This document shows positions 38,632 to 52,157 of a DNA stretch of 64,000 nucleotides, in pieces. The notes beneath the pieces are model-generated. The model saw nothing but the letters and a program-made list of their open reading frames with translations, was not told where the DNA came from and made no database searches. The stretch covers positions 66,216,001 through 66,280,000 of the forward strand of contig OX597833.1 of the NCBI GenBank assembly GCA_951406725.2, written 5' to 3'. The translations under genes were made by a program, and so were the position numbers. Numbering within the stretch: position 1 is the first letter of the stretch; every line of letters starts with the position of its first letter. The stretch is from Octopus vulgaris (lineage: Eukaryota).

Positions 38632-38864
38632 TAAGGCAGTGAGCTGACAGAATCGTTAGCACACTGGGTGAAATGCTTAGCGGTATTTCATCTGCTATTA
38701 CATTCCGAGTTCAAATTCCGCCGAGGTTGACTTTGTCTTTCATCCTTTCAGGGTCGATAAATTAAGTACCAGTTACGCACTGGGGTCGATGTAATCGATT
38801 TAATCCGTTTGTCTGTCCTTGTTTGTCCTCTCTGTGTTTAGCCCCTTGTGGGTAATAAAGAAAT
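38632..38864 (+). mobile_element. SINE family M monomer, nested in an opposite-strand related copy (~38530-38982)
   Basis: Head aaggcagtgagctgacagaatcgttagc..gagttcaaatt; tail ..gggtaataaagaaata. Other monomers at ~44350-44535(-), 48840-49000, 52448-52657 and 59600-59815(-). Confidence 0.8.
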
Positions 38865-39299
38865 ACTTATTTCATTGACCTTGAAAAAATGAAAGGCAAA
38901 GTCAAACTTGGTGGAATTTGAACTCAGAACGTAGTGGCAAACAAAATGCCTGGCATGCTAACGATTTTGCCAGCTTGCCACCCTGATGATGATGATGATA
39001 ATAATGATGATATTAAGCATAGTATATTAAGTTTTTGCCCAATACACTATTTTAATTTTTTCCTTTCTGGGATTGAAGGAAGAGGTGGTACTCATGGCAT
39101 TTGCAGGTCCCTCATATTTCTCTAATTTTCACCAAGAATGTGTCACCTACACAACTTCGACACCATGCACCAAATCTGCATAGATTTCATGAATAGAAAT
39201 TTTGAAACCTTGAAAGAATTTGCTAATATAGACAAACCAATCTTATCTCTTTCATCTGAATAGAAAAAGATAGAAAACCTACTATTGATATGAAGCAAA

Positions 39300-39770
39300 C
39301 ATCTCCATTTAGAGCATAGTTTAAGCTATCTTTTCGGGGAAGAAGGTTTATGTTCCTATAACTTGCGGTAATTCTGTAACCATTTAAAATGGAAGATAAG
39401 AAAGTTCATTTTCGGTACTTAATGCTTTGGGAACCAGACAAAAATTGCTGCAGCTCGGCTGGAATGTGTTACCCCATCCTCCATATTCACCAGATATTGC
39501 TCCTTCGGATTTCCACTTATTCAGGTCTCTGCAGAATAGTCTTAATGGTAAAAATTTCAATTCCTTGGATGACGTAAAAAGATACCTTGGTGAATTCTTT
39601 GCTATGAAACCACCTCAGTTCTAGGAAGAAGGTATTTTCAAGTTAAAGGAAAGATAGATGCATTCTGCAACAAAATGGTTCATATTTGGTTGAGTAAAAA
39701 TGTAACGGCAAGTATTTATTGACCTTTCTCTTTCCTTTAAAAATCGGCACGAACTTTCCGGACAACCCAA
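39300..39770 (+). mobile_element. Internally deleted mariner element
   Basis: N-terminal MEDKKVHFRYLML joined to C-terminal LGWNVLPHPPYSPDIAPSDFHLFRSLQN; TIR-like 3' end aaatcggcacgaactttccggacaacccaa followed by TA. The left boundary is uncertain. Confidence 0.88.
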
Positions 39771-40321
39771 TACAATGAGTGCCATACATGAAATAAGATA
39801 ACATAACAGGCTACAACAAGGATGTGTGAGAGACATCGTGGTTAGGCTGGAGTGATCTGGTCGACAAAGCTGAAGTACTGTTGGTGGTGTGTAGAGGTAG
39901 TCATTGGTCAGTTGGTCGTGTGATGTTCATACGGCAAAGATGTAGACAGGCGTCTGGTGGAGAAGAGGAAAATGGAAACCGGCTGGTGCCAGATACATAG
40001 TTGCTGGAGATGAGTTGTGTGTGGTCAGTGGCAAGTGCCAAAGACCTAGAACAATCAATAACTGCCATTCTTACAGAGAATAGTAGGCCCCCAGAAGCTG
40101 GTGATTAATTTCCTGTGTAAGGAAAAATAAACTGTGGCACCAACACAATTGGACAGCTGGAAGCCGAAGAATACAAACAATAGGCCCATTTAATCATGAG
40201 GTTATGTGACCTGCTGGAACCAAAAGGCCTTGTGGGACCGATATTGGGGTATTTAAGCCTAGATGACTCAAAATGAAAACATCTCACACAATGACAGTGT
40301 AAATCACTTCTGCTACAAAGC

Positions 40322-40753
40322 TAACCCTTTCTTTACTGTATTTGTTTTGAGATGCTCTGTGTTTCTTTCAATTAATTTTAAATATAACAAAGAATTTAGT
40401 AAAATAACTTAGTTATCATTAAGCTGGTGTTAGGAACATCATTTGTAAATAAGGTTTGGTGGAAGATTTTAATTCAAAACTTATGAAAATAAGACATTTG
40501 TACTACAGAGCCGGGTTGGTATCAAAAGGGTTAAGAATTGTTTCTCTATTATGTATTTTATATATTTTAACCCTTTCATTACTATATTTAATTTGAGATG
40601 CTCTGTGTTTCTTTCAATGAATTTAAATATAACAAAGAATTTAGTAAAATAACTTAGTTACCATTCAGCTAGTGTTAGGAACATAAATTGTGACTAAGGT
40701 TTGGTGGAAGATTTTAATTCAAAACTTATGAAAACAAGGCATCTGTACTACAG
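40322..40753. mobile_element. Tandem pair of piggyBac-like MITEs (inverted relative to 25011-25964)
   Basis: taacccttt..aaagggttaa, spacer gaattgtttctct.., then ttaacccttt. Confidence 0.8.
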
Positions 40754-40852
40754 AATCAGCTATATAAAGCCTCAGATAGATAGCCGGAGATATAGAGTGG
40801 AAATTAAAAGAAGAGTGCCATTGTCATCATGTGAACGATATTTTGACATCTA

Positions 40853-40886
<34 letters not shown>

Positions 40887-40928
40887 GAGTGAGAGAGCAG
40901 TGCCTGCCATCATTATAGATCAGGAAAA

Positions 40929-41342
40929 GAATCTTTTTGGTTTGAACGGCAGTTTTAAAAAATAATTTCCACGTAACTAAACACTTTGAAGCTTCGTATA
41001 CTTGTAGAATGTGTTTATAAAACATCTTTTTCTCTTGGCTTTATTGAGAAAATTCTATGGTTTGTAAGATATTTGTTGTTTTTTTTCTTTAATTTCTGCA
41101 ATTTCAACCAATCAATGACGTCTATTGAGGTAAAAACACATTCTGTGCCGTATGAATATGTCCCTCGTTTAAGAAACAGATTGGGTTTATTTACATTTGT
41201 GAAGAAAAAAAGATACCCTTCCCCCCCACCCCTAACCCTAAAACAGATTGAAATGCAATAGATCGATACTAGAGTCATAAATATGGGTGACAATTTCATA
41301 TGACACTGCTAGAAAAAACTGCCGGTCAAACCAAAAAGATCC
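40929..41342. mobile_element. Merlin-like MITE family 1
   Basis: 8-bp TSD caggaaaa at 40921-40928 and 41343-41350; reverse complement of 1579-2000. Confidence 0.85.
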
Positions 41343-41787
41343 CAGGAAAATTATAAAACGATTAGGTTCATAATTATACAAGCTTGTGATTTTTACATTT
41401 TATTCTAATCTCTTCATGTGTGTGTCTGTGTGTCACAATTCCTTTGTTTTCAATTAATGGAAAGCATGCTCCCCAACCACATGGTTCTGGGTTCAGTCCC
41501 ACCGCGTGGCACCTCAGGCAAGAGGTCTTCTACTTATAGCCTCAGGCCGACCAAAGCCTTGTCAGTGGATTTGGTAGAAGGGGAAACTGAAAGAAGCCTG
41601 TCATATGTGTGTGTGGGTGTGTGTCTTGGTGTTTGTGTTTTCTCTCACCAACCGGTGTTGGTTTGGTTATGTCGCTGTAACTTAGTAGTTCAGCAGCAGA
41701 CAGTACCAGGATTTATTTAAACTAAGCTATTCGTGGCGGTGTTACAGCATGGCCACAGTCCAATGAATACAAGCGAAATACCTATAA

Positions 41788-41823
<36 letters not shown>

Positions 41824-42074
41824 CCTAGAGATAAAAAGAGAGGAAGACAGAAAAAGATAGAGAAATAAGCAGGAGATTTCTACTTCCGGTAACCTTATGT
41901 TATCACCAGGTCTACAAGAGTTACGCCCCCTACAACCATGTCCTCTAATTATTTCCATTTAATCTTTCCACTTTATTCCGTTTACGAATTCCTTTTATAT
42001 TAAATATCTCTAATTAACCGTATTTATTGTTTCCATTTATGTATTTAATATTTCTCCCCATATCGTATTTAATA

Positions 42075-42626
42075 GGTACTACTTGAGAACAGTGGTCCCG
42101 GTGCGCGCACTCGCATACTCGCGCATCCGCGCTAGCTAGTCGTCACTAGTCGATCCTTACTTTGTGTTTTTTGTGTTTTATTTACTTTGTTTAACAAAAA
42201 TTATTTATTTTGTGGGATCTTTTCTGTTTGACCGGCAGTTTTTTAAAAATAATTTCCACGTAACTAAACACTTTTAAACTTCGTATACTGGTAGAATGTG
42301 TTTATAAAACATCTTTTTCTCTTGGCTTTATTGAGAAAATTCTATAGTTTGTTAGATATTTGTTGTTTTTTTCTTCAATTTCTGCAATTTCAACCAATCA
42401 ATGACGTCTATTGAGGTAAACAAACATTCTGTGCCGTATAAATATATCCCTCGTTTAAGAAACAGATTGGGTGAAGAAAAAAAGACACCCTTCTCCCCAC
42501 CTCTAATCCTAACCCTAACCCTAAAGCAGATTGAAATGCAATAGATCGATACTAGGGTCATAATTATGGGTGACAATTTCATATGACACTGCTAGAAAAA
42601 ACTGCCGTTCAAACCGAAAAGATCCT
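42075..42626. mobile_element. Truncated MITE family 3 abutting a MITE family 1 copy (~42215-42625)
   Basis: Family 3 left TIR followed by ggatcttttctgtttgacc...gttcaaaccgaaaagatcc. Confidence 0.75.
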
Positions 42627-42857
42627 AATATTTTCATCTATTGTGTTAATTATTTCTTGAAATGGAAAAATAAATTCCTTTTTTCTTGTTCCCTTACAGA
42701 AAGAATAAAGAATCAGTCTCAACTATTGATTTCAAAGATTCATGTCCAGTACGTGATGCCTGCAATTTTTTTGATGGCAGAAGACATATTTTTTTCCTTA
42801 CTGGTGAAGTTAATTGAGTGCTGTCCAGATAAAAAAAAAAGACCCCCAGGAGAAAAT

Positions 42858-43200
42858 AACACACGTGGGCATGCTTACAAAGTCAGAAAACAGCACAGCT
42901 CCCATAACTTTCGGAAACATTTTTTCACACCCAGAGTTACTGAAGCATGGAACAAACTACCTACATCAGTTGTTAGCTGCTGAGACATTGCATCCTTTAA
43001 AACCTCCATGCTTCCTGAAATTCGCCAACACTACACCTGATATCCCCCCCCCCTCCATATGCATGTACACATGTATATTATGACTCATACCCTGTTCACT
43101 TTCTTAACTTTTGTAAATAATTCTATGTACTCTACATTACACCTTTGATGAGTTGCAGTGCACCTGAGCACTATACAGAATAATTTCATTATTATTATTA

Positions 43201-43246
<46 letters not shown>
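42858..43246 (+). mobile_element. CR1-type LINE 3' end
   Basis: TRGHAYKVRKQH..FRKHFFTPRVTEAWNKLPTSVV is typical of a CR1 ORF2 C-terminus; followed by a 3' UTR and a (TTA)n tail. Confidence 0.88.
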
Positions 43247-43685
43247 TACAGAGATGTACTTGCATAGCAAGTGACCTGATCTGAGATCGTGTGCTGGAAC
43301 GAAAACAATTGCAGCGTGGACGGTGTTTATAGGCCATTCAAGAAACGCACAAAAACCGTTAGATTCACTTCACCATTTAAATTTAATTTGCCAAAATATT
43401 TTCGTCACTTTGAGACGTTTTTTGTGTATTTTTTAAATGGCTTATAAACACCTTCCACGCTGCAATTGTTTTATTATCATTATTATTATTAAATCCAAAT
43501 TAAAAGAAGAGTGCCATCGTCATCTGGTGAATGATATTTCGACATCTTGTGTGTCTTCAACAGGTTTAAAAAATAAATTTGCCAATCTACTTCATTTTGG
43601 TTAATTTATAAAGGATTGAGGTAACTCTTCCAGAAGATATAGAGTCAAAATTAAATGAAGAGTGCCATTGTTATCTAGTGAACGA

Positions 43686-43687
<2 letters not shown>

Positions 43688-43719
<32 letters not shown>

Positions 43720-43933
43720 GAGTGAGAGAGCAGTGCATGCCATCAAAGTGACACTGGGGTAAAATATACAAAGCCCAGTATACCCATCATGACTACCCGT
43801 CTGATAAGGGTACACCAGCACATGCATCACAACCATATGTGCGCAACATGGTGATCTCATATCGAGATAAACAGTGCATGACCTTGCAGGTGGGGCCCAG
43901 TTAGAATTTTCTTCAGATTGAGTAGTCCATCCT
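43688..43933 (-). mobile_element. (TAA)n-tailed non-LTR retroelement 3' fragment
   Basis: ..gatggcatgcactgctctctcactc(aat)n; the same end occurs at 40855-40911. Confidence 0.55.
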
Positions 43934-44791
43934 ATTAATAATTACTAATACGCATATCAAGAAATAAAACAACAAATTTAAACAATACAATAATAATAAA
44001 ATATACATGTTAAGAAATATAATTAATATGTGAGTCATGAATTCTGGCCCACCCTGTATATGTGCAATGGGCTTCTTTCAGTTTCTGTCTACCAAATCCA
44101 CTCACAAGGCTTTGGTATGCACAAGGCTACACTAGAAAATACTTGCCCAAGGTTCCATGCAGTGGGACTGAACCTGGAACCATATGGTTGGAAAACAAAC
44201 TTCTTACCATAGAGCTATGCCTGAAAAATAAACCCCAAAAACTTTTATTCAAGTCCTTAAGCAAAGTTGGACAATGAAACAAAGAATTTCAATCAGTTAT
44301 TTCTTGATAATGCATGGCATATACAGATTGAAAACATCTTTCATAATATTCTTTTCTACTCTCGGTACAAGGCCGGAATTTTCTAGGGCAGTCAATTGGA
44401 TCGACCCCAGTACGCAACTGGTACTTATTTTATCACTCCTGAAGGGATGAAAGGAAATGTCAACCTTCGTTGAATTTGAACTCAAAACGTAAAGACAGAT
44501 GAAATACTGCTAAGCATTTCACATAGCGTGCTAAACTTTTAATGTATTTTACAGTTAATTTCTATATCAACTTGTCTATTTTTTTCTAAAAACAAAATTA
44601 GCTTCAAGTTAAATCATTAAACGATGAAATAATTTTAAAATAAAAATTTAAGCAACTTTCTGATTCTTGAAGAAAAATGAGTTTTTGAGAAAAAAAAATG
44701 AATATTTCACAAAAGAGTTCTACTGGAAACTTAGAAAGCCATAAAGGCAACAACAGTTGTTTCCCTTGCATCCATAGCAATTTATCTCAAA

Positions 44792-45185
44792 CTAGCCCTA
44801 TAGTCCGGCGTTGCTCGGGTTCGTTTCGACCCTTTAGAATTGGAATTTTTGAAAAGTAAAAATGTTGCATTATGTAGCTTGTTATTCTATTTAAGTGAAC
44901 ATTTTTCTGGTTGAAATACACCGAAAAATGGCCACACAGCTGTCAAAAAAATCGTAAAAAATAGGGATTTTCATAGAAAAAGAGCACCTTTTTGATGTAA
45001 ATAATTTTTGGTCTTAACATGGTCCAATTTGAATTTTTTCCTTCTACAGAAGGAAGTGAAAGCCTTCTTCTATCATACTGTCAGTTTTGGTCAACTTGCG
45101 CCACAGGGTCTCGGAGGAGATAGTGTTAGTTGAGGGCTACCAAACCTGCCATACACAGACAACTTCAGCTTTATATAGAGAGAGA
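44792..45185 (-). mobile_element. Non-autonomous Helitron (same family as 9115-9507)
   Basis: Reverse complement with TC...hairpin...CTAG ends in an A|T target. Confidence 0.8.
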
Positions 45186-46238
45186 TTAATCCGTGTCTTG
45201 TTGTTTTATACCAAAGAATAAATAAAATGTTGAAGCCTCTCGTATTGGAACATGGTGAGGCTATTCTTCAGGGAGTCATTCTCTTGTAGTTCTATGTCAA
45301 AGCACATACCATTTTACAGTTTCTATTTTGTTCTTTCTCATGTGGAACTTGTGTGCTGCAGCTTGTCTTTGTGAAATTGTAAGTTTTTTTAAACACGAGG
45401 AATGGTTCAATCATGAAATGAATTTCGTAAAAAAGGATGGTGTTCCTGTGTGGTAAGAAGTTTGCATTCCAACCACGTGGTTCCGGGTTCAATCCCACTT
45501 TGTGACACCTTGGAAAAGCGTCTTCTACTCTAACCTTGGGCTGACCAAAGCCTTGTGAGTGGATTTTGGTAAATGGAAATTGAAAGAAGTTTGTCATGTA
45601 TATATATATATATATATATATAAAGTAAAAGCACCAACACCAACTTCTATTATTTCTTCTGAATTGAGCTGCTTTGGCTTTGTGAGACATTGGGTTCCGT
45701 CAGAAGCAACCATCATTAAATCGCACCTGTGCCTGTGGCACATAAAAGCACCTTTCGAGTGGTGGGCCTCACAGAGGCAAGAACTGAAACCATTTGGCAT
45801 TATGCTGTGCTTTGAGTGTTGAGCCTCATGAGTGTGGCTATTGCTAGTACCACCTGACTGGCCCTCGTGTCAGTGGCACGTAAAAGCACCCACTACACTC
45901 TCGGAGTGGTTGGCATTAGGAAGGGTATCCTGATGTAGAAACTCTGCGAGATCAGATTGGAGCCTGGTGCAGCCATCTGGTTTGCCAGATGGCTGCTCAG
46001 TTAAATCATCCTCAGTCAAATTGTCCAACCCATGCTAGCATGAAAAGCGGACATTAAACGATGATGATGATGATATATATGTATGTATGTATGTACACTA
46101 TTTATTGAAGCTGAGAAAAGCCTTAACAGATTGGGAATATTTTTCAGCTTTAATAAATAGCAAATTACTCTAACTTTGGTAGTCAAGTACTCTTTCTTTC
46201 ACTTTGTTTTGCATCTATGTGCTTACTTGTGTATATAA

Positions 46239-46288
<50 letters not shown>

Positions 46289-46452
46289 TACTAATATAGG
46301 ATAAAATAAGGTTAAAATTATAAACAACTTAAACAAGGGAAAAAGAAAAATTATTTCCATTCCAATATGCTGAGAACAGACTTTAAAAGCGTCAATTTCC
46401 ACACTTCATTTTACAATCACTATAAATACACGTTGTGCTGATATATATATAT

Positions 46453-46506
<54 letters not shown>

Positions 46507-46831
46507 ATACATAGAGAGAGAGAGAGAAAGAGAGAGGTAGAGATAGCTTTCTTTGCCTGAGCCAATATGCTTACTTATTCCATAGTATTATTATTGAAAT
46601 ATTTCTTAGAGATGATTTAATTGCTGGTCCTAATTATGATATCAACACAAATTAATTTAACATTACTCCTTGCTTTTTCTTCAAACACTAAAAGCTGTTT
46701 AATTCTCCATGTTTGTCTTATCCCTGATTAATTTTTCATCTTCCATTTAGACCAATTCATATACTTCTTAAGACATCAAAACAAATATTGTGTTGTGATT
46801 TCTAACAGTGTTGTAGCGTGGCCAAGTGGTC

Positions 46832-47030
46832 TAAATTAAGTACCAGTGAAACACTGGGGTTGATGTAATTGACTAGTTCCCTCGCCACAAATTTCAGGCC
46901 TTCAAGGTTGATTTCGCTTTTCATCCTTTTTGGGGTTGATAAATTAAGTACCAGTGAAACACTGGGGTTGATGTAATTGACTAGTTCCCTCGCCACAAAT
47001 TTCAGGCCTTGCGCCTCTAGTAGAAAGGAT
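46832..47030 (+). repeat. Direct duplication of a SINE-M 3' segment (~109 bp period)
   Basis: taaattaagtaccagtgaaacactggggttgatg..aatttcaggcctt occurs twice. Confidence 0.8.
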
Positions 47031-49239
47031 TACTTAGGCTCTTTATGAAAGTGTGTATGTATTTCCACATGCATATTTCCATGTGTGTGTGTGTATGTAC
47101 ATGGCTTTGATTTTACTATATTCTCAACCAAGAGTAAAGGAACATGGCTCAGTGGGAAGGTACGTCCATATGGCAATGACTAGTGACCGAGACTTTTGGT
47201 GATATGCTGTATTTGAAAAGACCCGTCTAGCCAAGTGAAATCATAATTGTGGCCCTTGTTGGTGTCACATAACTGGCACCCATGCTGGTGGCATGTAAAA
47301 GGCACCTTCTGAGCATTGGGCTTCATCAAGGCAATGTGGCCGTGGCCAGAGTTGCGTAACTAGCACCTGTGTCAGTGGCATGTAAAAAGCACCCTTCAAG
47401 CAGTGGGCGTCATGGAAGGAATGACAAATGACCAAGACCTGTGGCAATATGCTGGGCTTGAGAAAGTAGATCCATTAAGGCAAGTGAAATCGTAGATGTG
47501 GTAGACACTGGTGTCACACAATTGGCACCCGTGTCGGTGGCACATAAAAACACCCATTACACTCTTGGAGTGGTTGGTGTTAGGAAGGGCATCCAGCTGT
47601 AACCATGCTGAATCAGACAGGAATCTGGTGTGGACCCTCTGTTTACCAGCCCTGGACAAAACAATCCAAACCATGTCAGAGTGGATAATGGATGTTAAAT
47701 GACGATGATGATGATGTATATAAACAGACAGAAAGAAATAAAGATAGATAGATAGATAGTGAGCAGATAGATAGATAGATAAATAGATAGACAGAGAGAC
47801 AGAAAGACAGATAGATAGATAGATAGGTAGATAGATAGGCAGATAGATCGATAGATCGATGGACAGATAAATAGATAGATGGATAGATAGATGGATGGAT
47901 GGAGAGATAGATAGATAGATAGATATAGATAGGTAGACTGGTAGATAGATAGATAGACAGTTAGATAAACTGACAGATAGATTTCTTTATTAGCCACACA
48001 AGGCTGAACACAAAGGGGACAATACAATGTAGAATTTTTCTTTTTGAAAAACGATCGAAAGGGATCGAAAACATTTTGGGATGTGTACACAAGGAAATAA
48101 CAAAACAGTCATTTTTAACAATTAGAGTTCCCAAAAGGGGAAATAAATATAACATTGACTAGGTTTTTCCGTGGAAAGAAAAACCTACAAAAAAGGAACA
48201 CGGTAACCTTATCAACATCATCATCGTTTAATGTCCATTTTCCATGCTAGCATGGGTTGGAAAGTTCGACAGGTCTGGGAAGCCAAGGGCTGCACCAGGC
48301 TCCAGTGTTATCTGGCAGTGTTTCTACAGCTGGATGCCCTTCCTTAACGCCAACCACTTCGTGAGTGTAGTGGGTGCCTTTTATGTGTCGGGGTGTGTGT
48401 GGGGGGGCTGGCAGCGGCCACGATCGGTGGGTGCTTTTTACGTGGCACCGGCACAGAATCAAGTCAAGGCGACGCTGGCATCGGCCACGTTTGGATGGTG
48501 CTTTTTACATGCCACCGGCACAGATATCACAACTACAATTTCCATTTGATATTTATGAAAAAAAAAAATAACATGAGAGCAAAGTGCTATTGCTCTCTTT
48601 GATTTATAGGATCATACTCAAGGTGGTTCCACCATTCATGTGTACCATCCTTGCCACATTTGCCCACCTTTTGTTAAACTTTTCATTAGACAAAACTTCC
48701 CTCTCTATTCTCACCTTCCTTTTCAAGTTCTGACAAACAGATAGAAAGATGGACAGATAGATTGATTGTGAGCTGACCACTCAAACCCTTGAATCATGTG
48801 CCTTCACTAAAGATAGAGTGGTGCTAAGATATGTAGACAATTCGTCTGTCGTTACGTTCTGAGTTCAAATTCTGCCGAGGTCAACTTTGCCTTTCATCTT
48901 TTTGGGGTCGATAAATTAAGTACCAGTTGTGTACTAGGATCGATCTTATTGACTGGCCCTCTCCCCAGAAATTTCGGGCCTTGTGCCTAGAGTAGAAAAG
49001 ATATATACACAGTATGATGGTATTGTCATTATGGTCAGAATGGTATTAGTCATTTGTCTGTTGAATTGGTCAAACAGCAGCAGTAGGCAGCAATCTTTGT
49101 CCTACCAACATGACTCATTAACAACCTAGTATCACAATTAGTAAGTGAATTGTACCTAATTGAAGGAGGGTGATTAAAAAAAGGTAACTGAGGATCAGTT
49201 GTGGGACATACATAGATACATACATACATATATACAGAC

Positions 49240-49702
<463 letters not shown>

Positions 49703-49747
49703 TACTGACAGGTAGTCTGTAGATAGATAGACAGTTGGATAGATAAA

Positions 49748-49801
<54 letters not shown>

Positions 49802-49955
49802 TAGATAGATAGATAGAAAAATGGACAGATAGTGTATTAGATAAATTGATTGATTGATAGAGAGTTGGATAGATAGATTGATCGATACAGATTACCTTCC
49901 TTTCTTGAATTTACTTTATTGCTTACATTTGTTTAACAAAGAGTATAGTTGTTGG

Positions 49956-50213
49956 GGTACTACTTAAGAAGAGTGGTCCCGGTGCGTGAGTAGTCGATCC
50001 TAAAACCACTACCTAGCAAAGTAAATAAAACAAAATAAATAATTTTTTTTACACAAAGTAAATAAAACACAAAAACACACAGTAAATAATTATTCTAAAC
50101 AAATTAAATAAAATACAAAAACACAAAGTACGGATCGACTAGTCACGACTAGTTAGGGCGGATGCGCGACTACGCGAGTGCGCGCACCGGGACCACTCTT
50201 CTTAAGTAGCACC
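49956..50213. mobile_element. Merlin-like MITE family 3
   Basis: TIRs ggtactacttaagaagagtggtcccggtgcg / cgcaccgggaccactcttcttaagtagcacc; 9-bp TSD agttgtt(g/a)g. Confidence 0.85.
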
Positions 50214-50357
50214 AGTTGTTAGTAGTCGAGCATTTTGCGAAAATTTTCCCTTGTTATCGCACACCCGAACAATATTTTCTTCATTTGTCCAAACCTCGTC
50301 TTCTTCATATAATAATGTACGATATTTAAAAAAAATTCTTATTGCTAAACCATAATT

Positions 50358-50529
50358 GGCGATCCTTCGGTATAGGTACACACTTGACTTTGTTTACATT
50401 TCTGAAGATAACAGAAACCCCTTTCTCCCACCCCTAACCTTAACCCTAATACAAACCCTAACCATATATCAAAAAAGCACTTTTTTGAAATGTATACGGT
50501 ACTTCCGGTACCTATACCGAAGGATCGCC
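50358..50529. mobile_element. Merlin-like MITE family 2
   Basis: Perfect TIRs ggcgatccttcggtataggtac; 8-bp TSD ccataatt; internal (cctaac)n. Confidence 0.88.
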
Positions 50530-51026
50530 CCATAATTATTATAGGTACCACGAATTTATTCGCAAAATCAAATCGAAGCTACGGAAATTTACAAAAGTAC
50601 AAACGGTACGCTATTCTCCAAGACCGCTTAGTATTATAATAACTGTTATTAATATTACATACAAAGTTCATATATTAATCGATATACAGTCTCCGTATCG
50701 AAGCGAATAAGAAAACAAAACACTATTATTAACATTATGACTATAATACTTATAATAATTAACATTTATATTTAATTAATCGTTAAGAAATGATTAATAA
50801 ATAGGAACAATAAAATATTTATAATATTTAAATTTCCGTAGCGAAAGAAACACGATACAAATAGATATAAATAATATTGTAATAGCAAACACATTTAGGA
50901 ATAATATATATTTCGTGGTAATTAGTATCTTCTAATAATTAATTAATTAAGCTAAAGTGGGAAACCACGAGACAAGACAATTAATGTGATAATATAATGT
51001 TAAAAATAAGGCATGCTGACGTGAGG

Positions 51027-51098
51027 TCCTCGGTAGTATAGTGGTAAGTATCCCCGCCTGTCACGCGGGAGACCGGGGTTCGATTCCCCGCCGGGGAG
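51027..51098 (+). tRNA. tRNA-Asp-GTC: tRNA-Asp (GTC)
   Basis: tcctcggtagtatagtggtaagtatccccgcctGTCacgcgggagaccggggttcgattccccgccggggag: 72 nt, cloverleaf stems pair, oligo-T terminator ~10 nt downstream. Confidence 0.97.
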
Positions 51099-51164
51099 GC
51101 TTCCATAATTTTTTTTTTTTTCATTTCAATGTTTTTTTGTTTTTTAATTTTGTTTTAGCCATTT

Positions 51165-51548
51165 GTTGTGGTAAGAAGCTTGCTTCCCAACACCACCGTT
51201 GTTCTGGGTTCGGTCCCACTGCGCGGCAACATTGGGGGGAAATGTCTTCCTACTACAAATTTTTTGTGAGTGGATTTTGGCAGACGGAAACTGAATGAAG
51301 CCAGTCGTATATATATATATATGTGTGTGTGTGTATGTGTTTGTCCTCACCCCTCACCACATCAACTCTTGACAACCGGTGTTGGTGTGTTTACGTCTCC
51401 GTAACCTAGCGGTTCGCCCAAACAGACCGATAGAATAAGTACCGGGCTTTAAAAAAAAAAGAGAAAGTGATGGGGTCGATTCATTCGACTAAAAATGTAA
51501 AGCGGTGCCCCAGCATGGCCGCAGTCTAATGAGTGAAACAGGTAAAAA
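51165..51548 (+). mobile_element. Diverged SINE family A
   Basis: Head-to-tail match with substitutions. Confidence 0.75.
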
Positions 51549-51577
51549 CATGCTTAAACTGGTTATACTTGTATAAT

Positions 51578-51938
51578 ACTCTTGCTTACTTGCTTCAGTC
51601 ATTTGACTGTGGCCATGCTGGAGCACCGCCTTTAGTCGAGCAAATCAACCCCAGGACTTATTCTTTGTAAGTCCAGTACTTCGAAAAAAAAAAAAACAAA
51701 ACAAAAAAAACATTGAAACGAAAAAAAAAAAGATTATGGAAGCCTCCCCGGCGGGGAATCGAACCCCGGTCTCCCGCGTGACAGGCGGGGATACTTACCA
51801 CTATACTACCGAGGACCTCACGTCTGCATGGCTTATTTTTAACGTTATTCTATCAGTCTCTTTTGCCGAACCGCTAATGTTACGGGGACGTGAACACACC
51901 AGCATCGGTTGTCAAGCGATGTTGGGGGCACAAACACA

Positions 51939-51992
<54 letters not shown>

Positions 51993-52157
51993 CATATATA
52001 CGACAGGCTTCTTTCAGTTTCCGTCTACCAAATCCACTCACAAGGCTTTTGGTAGGTCCGAAGCTATAGTAGAAGACACTTGCCCAAGGTGCCACGCAGT
52101 GGGACTGAACCCGGAACCATGTGGTTGGGAAGCAAGCTACTTACCACACAGCCACTC
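51578..52157 (-). mobile_element. SINE family A interrupted by a tRNA cassette (~51682-51844)
   Basis: The consensus ccagtactt|attctatc is split by the insert. Confidence 0.85.
51744..51815 (-). tRNA. tRNA-Asp-GTC: tRNA-Asp (GTC), second identical copy
   Basis: Exact reverse complement of 51027-51098, with its own oligo-T terminator. Confidence 0.97.

Noticed and set aside
42500-42525. (CCCTAA)n as a telomere remnant
   Set aside because: It is an internal part of a MITE.
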